DNA of 64,000 nt, taken from a virus (lineage: Duplodnaviria; Caudoviricetes). Within the stretch, counting starts at the first letter, position 1, and the number at the start of each line of letters is the position of its first letter. The stretch is taken from positions 64,001 through 128,000 of IMG/VR virus record IMGVR_UViG_3300020577_007160. One strand, given 5' to 3'. The notes under the pieces were generated by a model, which made no database searches, was not told where the DNA came from, and was given only the letters and a program-made list of their open reading frames with translations. A program made the translations under genes and the position numbers. Shown piece after piece: positions 38,828 to 48,557 of the stretch.

Positions 38828-40648
38828 TTACATTCCAAAATTATAAGAAGTTTTCCAACTACCGTTTTCTATTGTGTGAGTTAAAGATTTCAATCGTAAT
38901 CCTGTTAGTTTAGGCTTACGAGTTCCCATGTCCTTTCCGGATGGAGTCTTTATGGTATCAATTTGTGTTGATGAATTTCCAGTATTATTTTGCTTATTCT
39001 TTGCTTCCTGTAATGCCTTCTGTTTTTCAGCTTCATTTTCTTTTGCTATTTGTTCTTCCCTTTTATTGATATCCTGAAGAGATTCTGAATTGACACCAAT
39101 AGAATAATATTTTCCCAATCCGAGGATTGGATAAACCATATTGATCTGCGCAAAAGGATTACCTAACGTTTGGAAACTAGCCTCTATGCCGTGAAACTGA
39201 TAAACCTTGTAGGTATTTCCACCTTCAGGGTATTTCGGTGCTCCAGTGTTAGCGATGAAAAATTGCTTCACAGTTTCAAAATTAAAATTATTTCCTTTTA
39301 TTAATTGATTGAAAGTTGCTTCTGCTTCTGGAGTATCGAGTTTCCTCATATCTAATTCGTATAAAATTGGATCTCCGTTTTCATCGATATCCGTCAATAC
39401 CATTTTTGTTCCGACTTTAGTTCCCTTTGCGATTGTTTTAGTTGGGTCACTAGGATCAACAGTATCAGTTTCCGTAATTATATCCTGTTCTTCCATCACT
39501 GCTGATGCCTGCCAATTACCTGAAATAGTAATTGATGGTTCATCCAGCATAACAAAGTTCTTCGTTATCAAAGGATTGTACGGAATTTTTATCCCATTGT
39601 TCATTCTATTGAAATAGAATTGAACTCGCAAGGAAGTAATGTCCCCATTGGAATTGCTTTTATTTTCTATTACTGCTCTAGTCTCTACATCACCGACTTT
39701 TTTAGGTATTATCTTTCCTGATTTATCAGTAGTTGTTTCATCTTTTTTAACTGTTCTTGCTTCAAAAACCAGAGAAGATCCTGTTTTAGATAAAATGTCT
39801 TTCAACAATAACCAATCTGTTATTGGTTCTGCTTTTATAGATGGTAATACTCTATCTGTGCCAAGTTTAGTTTTTACTTCTTCTATTCTATTGTCTAAAC
39901 AAAAATATATTTCAGGGATTGTACCTCGATATTCTACTGGATATTTATAGCTACCCAATATTTCTCTTAATATATCTTTATTTGATAAGTAGGGTTCAGG
40001 ATCATCCGCTGCTTTTGTAGCCCAAGATCGGTCAAATGTTTTAGAATATTCTGGATTAGTTTTTGCAGCAAGATTTGTTATTTCAACTTCGGTTGAACTT
40101 TTAGCAACTCCAAGACTTGGATATGCAAAAGTTCTGACCGTTCGAGTCATTTCAAATCCAGAACATTGAAATACGTACTCAGCATTTGGATAAGCATTCT
40201 TTGGGAATGATGGTTTCATTTCCTTCAGAAATCCCCGATATTCTTTTACTCCAACATCTGGGAAATCATTAAGATACCGTAAGGAAAATATGCCTTTTAT
40301 ACGAGTACAAATCCCAGGATATAACCATGGGAATTCAATGTCCCCATTTGAGGTTGGTACTCCAGGATCAATGATCTTAAATGATACTTCTGTTATTCCG
40401 TTTTCACTTTCTGTAACAGAAATGCCCCCCATTATCCAGGGCTTATTTATAGAATTTTTAGAACCATCCTCTAAAAAAGAATATTCTTCCCCATAATAAT
40501 CTTTTTTTATTTCAATGTATTCATCCTGAGCATAAACTCCACGATACAAGGTTTCTGTATCAACTTTGATTATTAAAAGTTTAACAGAAAAATCTGCTTC
40601 ATATCCATGAAATAATTCAGTATTTGAATATTCGTCAAAAGTATTCAT
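38828..40648 (-). CDS. Baseplate hub (gpD/gp27-like)
   Basis: TDWLLL, GNP..., L.H.IENGSWKT motifs; context upstream of the spike. Confidence 0.6.
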   Translation of the reverse strand: MNTFDEYSNTELFHGYEADFSVKLLIIKVDTETLYRGVYAQDEYIEIKKDYYGEEYSFLEDGSKNSINKPWIMGGISVTESENGITEVSFKIIDPGVPTSNGDIEFPWLYPGICTRIKGIFSLRYLNDFPDVGVKEYRGFLKEMKPSFPKNAYPNAEYVFQCSGFEMTRTVRTFAYPSLGVAKSSTEVEITNLAAKTNPEYSKTFDRSWATKAADDPEPYLSNKDILREILGSYKYPVEYRGTIPEIYFCLDNRIEEVKTKLGTDRVLPSIKAEPITDWLLLKDILSKTGSSLVFEARTVKKDETTTDKSGKIIPKKVGDVETRAVIENKSNSNGDITSLRVQFYFNRMNNGIKIPYNPLITKNFVMLDEPSITISGNWQASAVMEEQDIITETDTVDPSDPTKTIAKGTKVGTKMVLTDIDENGDPILYELDMRKLDTPEAEATFNQLIKGNNFNFETVKQFFIANTGAPKYPEGGNTYKVYQFHGIEASFQTLGNPFAQINMVYPILGLGKYYSIGVNSESLQDINKREEQIAKENEAEKQKALQEAKNKQNNTGNSSTQIDTIKTPSGKDMGTRKPKLTGLRLKSLTHTIENGSWKTSYNFGM

Positions 40649-40924
40649 TTAATTTCTAATGTATACTTTATGATCTGGAACAAGATCCTCAGATTCTATG
40701 AACCATGGAATCGAATTATTATCTGAATCATCAATGAGTAAGAATGGTTTCAAATATGAAGGTCTTAACGGGGTATTTACTCTTTTAAGAATAAAAGATA
40801 AATCTTTTATTTCTTTAATATACTGAAGAGATTTTAACCAAGAAAACCAATTTTTGAAAAAAATTTTTACTTTCAGATAAAATCTAAAAATAGAAATTAA
40901 AGCAATGATTGTAAAGTTATTCAT
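40649..40924 (-). CDS. Hypothetical protein
   Basis: 91 aa; AAAGGA SD. Confidence 0.55.
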   Translation of the reverse strand: MNNFTIIALISIFRFYLKVKIFFKNWFSWLKSLQYIKEIKDLSFILKRVNTPLRPSYLKPFLLIDDSDNNSIPWFIESEDLVPDHKVYIRN

Positions 40925-40943
40925 AAAATCCTTTAAAATAAAT

Positions 40944-41252
40944 TCATATTACCTGCATCCCACGATCATACGTCATTACTTTTGAATTAAGATTCGTTGA
41001 ACTTATCAAAGGTATTTTTATTTTCATTCCTTCTTCTAATTCGTCAGGAAATAGATTAGGATTACTATCATAAATCTTATACCATAATAAACGTTTTCCA
41101 TAGAATTTCATTGCAAGAAATTCAAATACAAAACCTTCAAAGGTATGAATGTCATCATAATTTAAAATGTATTCAATATAATTGACAGTTGTATCTCGTT
41201 TTTCATAAGATTGAACAACTGAATCCTCAATATTTAAAATTGAATATTTCAT
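40944..41252 (-). CDS. LysM-like / tail-X baseplate protein
   Basis: LAMKFYG...LW..I.DSNP.....L..G..I.IP. Confidence 0.75.
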   Translation of the reverse strand: MKYSILNIEDSVVQSYEKRDTTVNYIEYILNYDDIHTFEGFVFEFLAMKFYGKRLLWYKIYDSNPNLFPDELEEGMKIKIPLISSTNLNSKVMTYDRGMQVI

Positions 41253-41258
41253 TTTAAA

Positions 41259-42101
41259 TTAAAGCCCTAAGTCCATTGGCATTTCTAAAATTGAATTCGA
41301 TGAAATGCCGAGATTACTCGATGCAATATCGAATGCAAATCCAGCTGCGGATTCTAATATATTTTCCTTTACTTCCAAGTCGGAAATTGAAGATTCTAAT
41401 TTAGCCCAACGGATTCTTTGATTATCCATTTGTTCCGCGAATTGTCCATCTTCAATGACTGCGAAGTTTATTTGAGTCTCAAGATATCGTGGTGTAAGAA
41501 ACCTATTGAAATTCTTTTCAGTTACGTCGAATCCTTTTAATTTTCCTCGAAACCATCGTCTTCCGAGAATCAAATAAACATCTGGAGGTGCGAATGTACC
41601 TTGTCGTTTTTCTTGAGATTCCTGAGATATTTCTGAAGTAACAGAACTCAATAAATTTGTTGCACTGGATTCCAGGGAAGACGTCAAAGTTCCGAGGGAA
41701 ATACCCTCACCTGACGTGAATGGTGCAAGAGTATTTTTAATGAAATTTCCAGCTTCAAATACTTTTTGAAAAGGTCTAGAATTAGATGGCAATGTCAAAG
41801 TCTCAAGAATTGCCTCAATACCAAGAACTCCTAAAGACCTTCGAACTACGGAAGGACTAAGGAGTTCTGTTGCAGAAGTCTCAAACTGTAAGGTAAAATT
41901 TAATTCCTTTTGATTATTTCCACTCCAAGTTAATATTTGAGTAGGATATAATGGTGCATCCAAGGTCTCATAATTAACATCTTTTTTAACAGAAATTTCA
42001 ATAGGGTTAAATTGAAATTTCAGAGTTAATCCAATATCTGGAGCATGAAACATCCCCTTGAGAACTGAATTCCGAAGTTTTGATATTTCTTCTCCAAACA
42101 T
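41259..42101 (-). CDS. Tail tube initiator / baseplate protein
   Basis: FQFNP.EI...K...Y, PP.V.L..G, F...LTP; follows the tape measure region. Confidence 0.72.
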   Translation of the reverse strand: MFGEEISKLRNSVLKGMFHAPDIGLTLKFQFNPIEISVKKDVNYETLDAPLYPTQILTWSGNNQKELNFTLQFETSATELLSPSVVRRSLGVLGIEAILETLTLPSNSRPFQKVFEAGNFIKNTLAPFTSGEGISLGTLTSSLESSATNLLSSVTSEISQESQEKRQGTFAPPDVYLILGRRWFRGKLKGFDVTEKNFNRFLTPRYLETQINFAVIEDGQFAEQMDNQRIRWAKLESSISDLEVKENILESAAGFAFDIASSNLGISSNSILEMPMDLGL

Positions 42102-42107
42102 AAATTA

Positions 42108-42525
42108 TTAAAGTTTAAAAATTCTAGGATTAGTTACTCCAGTTATAATTTTGAATTCTTTAAGGGCTAATTCAAAAGTTTGATAATCTTCTATTAATGG
42201 CTTATTTCTTATCTTTTTTCCACTTGGAAGAGTAGTGAATCCTTTAACAGATTCTATGTGAAGAAACCATGTATCATCATTTTTATAAACTGAAGCTACT
42301 AACTCATCTCTATTAGAGACTGCAGTATAAATTACTCCGTATTCCATATCAGGATCGTGGTCTGCTTGTAAAAGATCCATTTTAGTTCCACAAATCCAAT
42401 TCAAACTAAATAAATTAAATCCACTTATTTCATTTAATCTTTTTCTTGGATTACTTTCTACAATATTTTCTAGAATTTCAAGTCTCTCAGAGAGAGAGTT
42501 TTGAACCTGTTCGTGTGTTACGCAT
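42108..42525 (-). CDS. Tagged gene requiring a +1/-2 shift at (CT)5-TGA (139 aa if restored)
   Basis: AGGAG SD, ATG 42525: MRNTRTGSKLSL*. The shifted frame reads SERLEILENIVES... and is continuous with ORF 42108..42404. Confidence 0.75.
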
Positions 42526-42543
42526 TTTATTCTCCTGTTGTGT

Positions 42544-43033
42544 CTAAATTAATTCAAAATCATAAGAATTATGATAATTCAATGGATTTTTTACAACATG
42601 TTTCATCCAACTATCTCCTGAAGTATAATTATCAGCATTGGCTCTCCAAAAAATCTGAGAATATCCATCATCATAATTTAGATAAAAGGATAAACCAGTA
42701 TTATCAAGAATTATAGTACACATTTTATTTTCCAATGAATCTTCTTCAAGATCTAATTTTTCGATTATTATTTGTTCTAATATGGAAGAGATTTTAACAT
42801 AACCGATATAAGGTTCTTGTGGTTCTCTTTTCATTTTAGTAATTCTCTCCGCACCTTCAAAAGTTCCCCAATCTTCTGGAGTAAACCTTTTGAGTTTAAT
42901 ACCATTGGAATATCTCAATACTGGAGGGCAATCGTAATTGTGTTCTTTCAAAGAACCCTTACTCTCTATGATTCTTTCTAATTTTTGAATCCGTTCAGAG
43001 AGAGAGTTTTGAACTTGTTCTTCTGTTGAGCAT
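42544..43033 (-). CDS. Tagged gene requiring a +1/-2 shift at (CT)5-TGA (163 aa if restored)
   Basis: AAAGGA SD, ATG 43033: MLNRRTSSKLSL*. The shifted frame reads SERIQKLERIIES... and is continuous with ORF 42544..42951. Confidence 0.75.
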
Positions 43034-43039
43034 TTTACG

Positions 43040-43076
43040 TCCTTTTATTTAAAATTGTATTAAAACTATATAACTG
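43040..43076 (-). promoter_or_regulatory. Conserved leader CAGTTATATAGTTTTA...ATAAAAGGA
   Basis: Identical 16-mer to 2518-2533. Confidence 0.5.
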
Positions 43077-46000
43077 TTATCGTGGCAAAGTTTCCAAACC
43101 GTACTGACGACCTTGTTCTCGACGAATAATGGTCTTGATTTCTTCTAATAATTTCTTCGCATCATAATTCGGATTAACAGAATTTATTTGAATTGACCCT
43201 GCATTGAAATTAATTGTAACAGAATTCGATGAAGAAGTATTTTTAGGACTCTTTTCTTCAGACAAACCAACAGTCTTACGAACCCCAAAAACAGTATCTG
43301 TGGGTTCAAAAAATACGGGTTCTTGTCCTGGACGCACGACGAAGTCCTTACCAGGATTAGCGGCTGACCCACGCTTGATGGATTCAGGTTCTACTGGCTC
43401 TTTTTTATTCGTAGATTTTATGAAATTATCAAGAGTTTCTGGAGTATCTTTCTTCTGTTTTTTATCTGAAATTTTAACAAACTTATCAAGATTATCTATT
43501 GATGGCTTTTCTTCCTTTTCCTTAGGAATTGCCTTCACAACTTTATTGATAGTCTCTGATATTCCTTTATTCTTATTCTCTGAAACAGAACCTTTTTCTG
43601 GTACAAAATTTGTTATTTCTTTTATTGGTTCTTTCTTCTTAGAATCCGGAGTTTCTTTGGTGGTAGTTGCGAGTTTATTTAATTCTTTCGTGGGTTCTTT
43701 TTTAGTTACAGTATCTCGATTTTCTTTCTTGTAAGAATCCGGAATAAACTTATCCATTTTCTGGGACATGGGTTCATTTGAATTCTTAATAGAAGCCAAT
43801 AATTCATCAAATTTTGGATTGGCGAATCCAATGAATTTCAAAGATTTTCCTTTATCAAATGTCCCCATACTATTTGGGAAAGTATTTCGACTGACTTTCA
43901 CGCCTTCCCTGCCTTCCCCGTCAGTGCCAGTATTTCCTTCTACTGTAGTAAATTTGCCTCCTGCCACGCTGTCTACGAGTCCTAAGTGTCCTGAGCCAAA
44001 GGAATTCTGCTTCATGAAATCTTCAAGATTATCTACTGATTTGTCCTTGCCCCATGCTACCAGTGCTCCAGGTTTTGGATTGGTCTTGCTCAATTCAAAA
44101 TATCCGGATTTTCCAGCATTGGCTAAAGTTTCTTGAGCATTGAAACTGAACACATTTTTTATCTTACTCCATACGTCAGGTAGGGACGAAAATATACCCG
44201 AATATGTTGTTTTGGCGAAAGCAGCACACCATGCCAGACCTTCACGGATTTGATCATCAGCGAGTTTCGAAATTGAATCTGAAGAATATCCAGCATATTT
44301 CTTCATCATTTTATTGAAGTTTTCATTTTCAAAACCAAGATTCCCCACTGATACTTTTTTATCGGAAGCTAATTCTGCTATTCCTTTTTCTTCTGCTTCC
44401 TTTTTTGTGAGTAGAAGATTGTTACCTTTTTTATCTGTGATATATTTTCCAGATTTGTCTTTCGCATAATATCCCTGAACTTCTTTCGATACTTCTTTTT
44501 GACCAATGAATTGTTGTGCAAAAGAAGTTAAACTACTGGTAATATTTTCTGGAGTATAATTCTTGGGTAAAAATTCTGCAACATCTTTGATTTCGTCACT
44601 TCCTGCAATTGTTTTAGCAATGCCCGCTACTGGATTCATTCCTGACGTAACAGTATTGACTACTACGTCTTTCGCCAGCCCTACTCCGGCTCTTGCTGCA
44701 TCCATGATATTACCCTTCTTTATTGATTCAATAAATCCAGGTTTTTTACTTACAATTGCTTCATCCTTTTCATTCATAGGATATACTTCACCATTTTTAA
44801 CAATGGCATCATTCACCGCTGGTTTCACTGCGGAATCCTGAAACAGCTGATTCATAGATGCTAAATTTTCCTTCATTACTTCTCCTGTGGCAGAGGATAT
44901 CCAACCAACATATTCCATGGCAGATTTTTTCTGCAACGTTGCCGCTTCTTCACCTTCAGCTTTTTTGCGACTTAAATCACTTTTTGAAAGACTCTGAATA
45001 GCAGAAACCAACTTCATTATTTCATCTAATTTAGCAGTTTTCTCTACCCCATCCTTCATTTTCCGAATATCCGGTAACTGCTTATTGACGTCATATAATT
45101 TATTCTTCATGGTTTCAAATGCCATTGAATACGCAGAACCAGCTTCAATGCCATAATCCCCAAATGATTTCATCTCATCATTCAGGTTATTTACCATAGA
45201 ACTCAGATCAGTAGATTTAGATAAATCTGCGAAAGACGAACCAATGCTCGCAACAATTGACTGAGTTTTTTCTTTTACTCCGTCATCAATAATTAACTTG
45301 GAAATATTAACATTAGGTAATTTATTCAAGACATCAATAACCATGTTTACTGTTTTCTTGAACATTCGAATCATTGGATCAAAGAATCCGTCTCCAAATA
45401 TTAATTCTCCTAAATTAACCATTGAACCAAAACCACCTGATAATAACTGTCCGATTTTAGATGGAATTGAACCAAAGAAATTCATTATGGTATCAGGTAA
45501 ATTCTTTAAATTTGTCATTACCTGATCAGACGCTTCACTGAAAGCAGCACCAAATTTTCCAGGTAATTCTGAGAAGAACTTTGTGAAAGAATTCCAGGCA
45601 TCTTTAATCCAACCAACAATTGAACCAAGAATATTCCCTAACATTGTTGAAAATGTTTTCCACAGATTTTTCAAAGAATCCCAAATGTAGGTTCCAATTG
45701 AACTGAAAATATCAACTATTAACGTCCAAATTCTCCCAAATAATGATTTAACAAAATCCCATAATGCACCAAAGATATTTTTGATATTTTCCCAAGCACC
45801 TGAAAAATCTCCAGTAAAGAGATTTTTGAACATATCAAAAATATTACCAAATACATTCCCGATTAATGCTCCAATATCTTTGAACACGCCGACAACAAAA
45901 TCAATAACTCCACTCAGAATATTTTTTATGAGAGTTATTGCATCAGAAAATCCTTGAACTAAACCACCAAGAAAATTCATAAATGGATTATCAGAACCCA

Positions 46001-48548
46001 TCAAACTCGATGCAGCATCTGACAAAAATGAAGAGATCCAGGTAAGAACTGAATTGAAAGCATTCTTAAAAGTATCCCCAATGAAGCTACCAATTGTATC
46101 AAAAATATCAAATATTTTTCCACCAGCATCCATGAAATCCCCAGAAAACAACGAAGAAAAGAATTCTCCGATTTTTCCAATGATATCCCCTGCTGCGGTG
46201 ACTGCACCTTGCAGTACGGAAATGATAGAATCCCATCCTATTTTCAAGCCAATCAAAACATTCCCCAACCATTTTAAAAATGGATTATCGGATTTCAATA
46301 ATTTATCAGCTATGCCACCAATCCAATCAGATATCCATTTCCCCAATAATCCAAGACCTTCTGATAACATTTTCCCTAATTCTGGACCAATATAAGCTAA
46401 TTGTTCTGCTACCCAAACTAAGGCATCCCAGAGCATTGATGCCAGTCGTGGAGTCCAATCAATGATTATCTGAATAGCACCAATTAATAATTTCTTCAGT
46501 ATTGGTACAATCATTTTCAACAAGCCACCAAGAGTTTTCAATAACTCAGGAAATAATGCCTGAACTTTTGCTCCAAGAGTCTTGGCAAAATTGACAATTG
46601 AATCAATGATTTTTCCTGCAGCAGCAACGACTGCTGGAATTAATTTTGGTAACTGAGAATTGAACCATTTGAAAAATCCAGTAATCAGGTCAAATGCCTT
46701 ACCTACGAATCCAGTTATTCCATCAATCAACATCGAAATTATATCTCCAAGATCTGTCACTCCTCCTGCCAGATCCCCTTTGAATAATTTCTTTATCATT
46801 GAACCAATTTTTTGACCAATGAATCCAAGGATAAATATTATAGGATAAAATATATCTCGAATTTTACCAACAATTGATTTGAAGAACTCCGTAGCACCAC
46901 CCATAGATCCTGAGACGTTCCCTAGCAACCCCCCAATGAACTTGATGACAGTTCCCATCATCGAACCGATTGCCTGCCCTACTGCTAAAATCGAGTCCTT
47001 ATTGGCTTCTATTGTATTAAATATATTTGTTAAAACATCTTGCATTGCACGGAATGCACCCGAACCCGAAATGGTTTGTTGTAATTTTTCAAAGAATCCA
47101 GATATTGAAGCAATCTGACCTTCAGTTGAGTTCTTCATCCTATCAGCATTTCCTGAGTATTGCTTGTCAAGAAAATCTGCTGTTTTTTGCATACGTTCCT
47201 GGTAGGTGCTCGCACCTGCTAATGCTTCCTGCAGTGCTGCTGGATCAATGGTGTTCCCGAAGGACTCCGTGAATGATTGAAAATCCCCACCTTTCGCCAA
47301 CGCAGTCATTGCGGACATAGTGGATTGAAGGTCTTTTCCTGGACCAGTGGCAGCGTTGAGAACTCCTTTGAAATTAACTTTATCTACGCTCAAACCCATT
47401 TCCCCCAATTCAGTGGTATAGGATTCAAGATCGTCTTTTGCTAATCCATATTGCTGGGACATATCATTGATAAATCCGGTTGCTTTTTTAGCATAGTCAG
47501 AACTACCAAAACGATTTGTCATTTTGACAGTCATTTTTTCTAATTCCTGACCAGATTTCCAAGCAGATTCGAATGCCTCTTTGATGGAGTATATTCCCCC
47601 TGCTGCACCACCAATGGCTGCTAACGGAGGAATAAGATTTGTCAAATTGAATGCTTGATCTTTTATTGTTGAGGAAACATTCTTAAATCCTGATACCATT
47701 TTACCAGAAAGATCCTGCATATTCTTAGAAATATTAGAGAGTCCTCTGCCAGCCATTTGAGCAGAAGACAATAATCCTCCTGGAATCGTTGAAAGTCCCC
47801 TGCCTAGGGATTGTGCTGTCCCCCCAATTTTCGACAAACCTGACCCAAATACGCTGCCAAAATTTGATGCTTTCTTTTGATTCTCCGTGATTTCATTTCC
47901 CATTTGAGCCAATGACAAGACTCCATTATCAAATTCATCATTCATTCTTCCTGTTTGAGCAACAACACTATCCAAAGATGAATTTAAATTATTGAGTATA
48001 TCTTCTTGTTCCTGGTTAAAATTTTGAAGACCATTATTCAGATAATCAAATCCTGCGAAGTCTTCCATGTCCTGACTCATGGAATTTACAAATTGAGACT
48101 TTGGATTATAAGCAGTGAAATCATCCAGATCATTCATAGATTCTTGTAAAGATTTTTTAATATCTTTTTGATTCTTTGAATTTAATCTATTGGCTACTTC
48201 TCCTGTTCGAGCAAAATCCGTGAATGTTTTTCCAGATTCTTTTAATTTCTTATTATACTTAGTTTGTTCTGTTTGAGAATTTTTTAATGTTTTATTAAAA
48301 TCTTCTATTTTCTTTTTATTTTTATAATGTGTAGAATATTTTTTATTTAAACCATCATATCCATGTCCAACATCATCCAAACTTTTTTTAAGATTTGAAT
48401 CAAATGTTCCAGTTGTAGTACCGAGATCTTTAACTTTTCCTATCCAATTTTGGATAGATGCAGTTATGCTCTGGATTGTTTTATTAGCAGAATCCAGAGT
48501 AGCAACATCAACACTAAAACCTAAATCTATTTTATTTGGATCTTTCAT
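43077..48548 (-). CDS. Tape measure protein with a CHAP peptidoglycan-hydrolase domain
   Basis: 1823 aa; helical W/F-periodic repeats; AWCAAF...GHLGLV...TVEGNT. Confidence 0.9.
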   Translation of the reverse strand: MKDPNKIDLGFSVDVATLDSANKTIQSITASIQNWIGKVKDLGTTTGTFDSNLKKSLDDVGHGYDGLNKKYSTHYKNKKKIEDFNKTLKNSQTEQTKYNKKLKESGKTFTDFARTGEVANRLNSKNQKDIKKSLQESMNDLDDFTAYNPKSQFVNSMSQDMEDFAGFDYLNNGLQNFNQEQEDILNNLNSSLDSVVAQTGRMNDEFDNGVLSLAQMGNEITENQKKASNFGSVFGSGLSKIGGTAQSLGRGLSTIPGGLLSSAQMAGRGLSNISKNMQDLSGKMVSGFKNVSSTIKDQAFNLTNLIPPLAAIGGAAGGIYSIKEAFESAWKSGQELEKMTVKMTNRFGSSDYAKKATGFINDMSQQYGLAKDDLESYTTELGEMGLSVDKVNFKGVLNAATGPGKDLQSTMSAMTALAKGGDFQSFTESFGNTIDPAALQEALAGASTYQERMQKTADFLDKQYSGNADRMKNSTEGQIASISGFFEKLQQTISGSGAFRAMQDVLTNIFNTIEANKDSILAVGQAIGSMMGTVIKFIGGLLGNVSGSMGGATEFFKSIVGKIRDIFYPIIFILGFIGQKIGSMIKKLFKGDLAGGVTDLGDIISMLIDGITGFVGKAFDLITGFFKWFNSQLPKLIPAVVAAAGKIIDSIVNFAKTLGAKVQALFPELLKTLGGLLKMIVPILKKLLIGAIQIIIDWTPRLASMLWDALVWVAEQLAYIGPELGKMLSEGLGLLGKWISDWIGGIADKLLKSDNPFLKWLGNVLIGLKIGWDSIISVLQGAVTAAGDIIGKIGEFFSSLFSGDFMDAGGKIFDIFDTIGSFIGDTFKNAFNSVLTWISSFLSDAASSLMGSDNPFMNFLGGLVQGFSDAITLIKNILSGVIDFVVGVFKDIGALIGNVFGNIFDMFKNLFTGDFSGAWENIKNIFGALWDFVKSLFGRIWTLIVDIFSSIGTYIWDSLKNLWKTFSTMLGNILGSIVGWIKDAWNSFTKFFSELPGKFGAAFSEASDQVMTNLKNLPDTIMNFFGSIPSKIGQLLSGGFGSMVNLGELIFGDGFFDPMIRMFKKTVNMVIDVLNKLPNVNISKLIIDDGVKEKTQSIVASIGSSFADLSKSTDLSSMVNNLNDEMKSFGDYGIEAGSAYSMAFETMKNKLYDVNKQLPDIRKMKDGVEKTAKLDEIMKLVSAIQSLSKSDLSRKKAEGEEAATLQKKSAMEYVGWISSATGEVMKENLASMNQLFQDSAVKPAVNDAIVKNGEVYPMNEKDEAIVSKKPGFIESIKKGNIMDAARAGVGLAKDVVVNTVTSGMNPVAGIAKTIAGSDEIKDVAEFLPKNYTPENITSSLTSFAQQFIGQKEVSKEVQGYYAKDKSGKYITDKKGNNLLLTKKEAEEKGIAELASDKKVSVGNLGFENENFNKMMKKYAGYSSDSISKLADDQIREGLAWCAAFAKTTYSGIFSSLPDVWSKIKNVFSFNAQETLANAGKSGYFELSKTNPKPGALVAWGKDKSVDNLEDFMKQNSFGSGHLGLVDSVAGGKFTTVEGNTGTDGEGREGVKVSRNTFPNSMGTFDKGKSLKFIGFANPKFDELLASIKNSNEPMSQKMDKFIPDSYKKENRDTVTKKEPTKELNKLATTTKETPDSKKKEPIKEITNFVPEKGSVSENKNKGISETINKVVKAIPKEKEEKPSIDNLDKFVKISDKKQKKDTPETLDNFIKSTNKKEPVEPESIKRGSAANPGKDFVVRPGQEPVFFEPTDTVFGVRKTVGLSEEKSPKNTSSSNSVTINFNAGSIQINSVNPNYDAKKLLEEIKTIIRREQGRQYGLETLPR

Positions 48549-48557
48549 TTTAGATTC

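Noticed and set aside
42108-43033. Stop-codon reassignment (TGA/TAG read-through) as the explanation for the broken genes
   Set aside because: Read-through stays in the wrong frame (checked for 43033, where it soon meets TAA), and TAA, TAG and TGA all end ordinary genes here.
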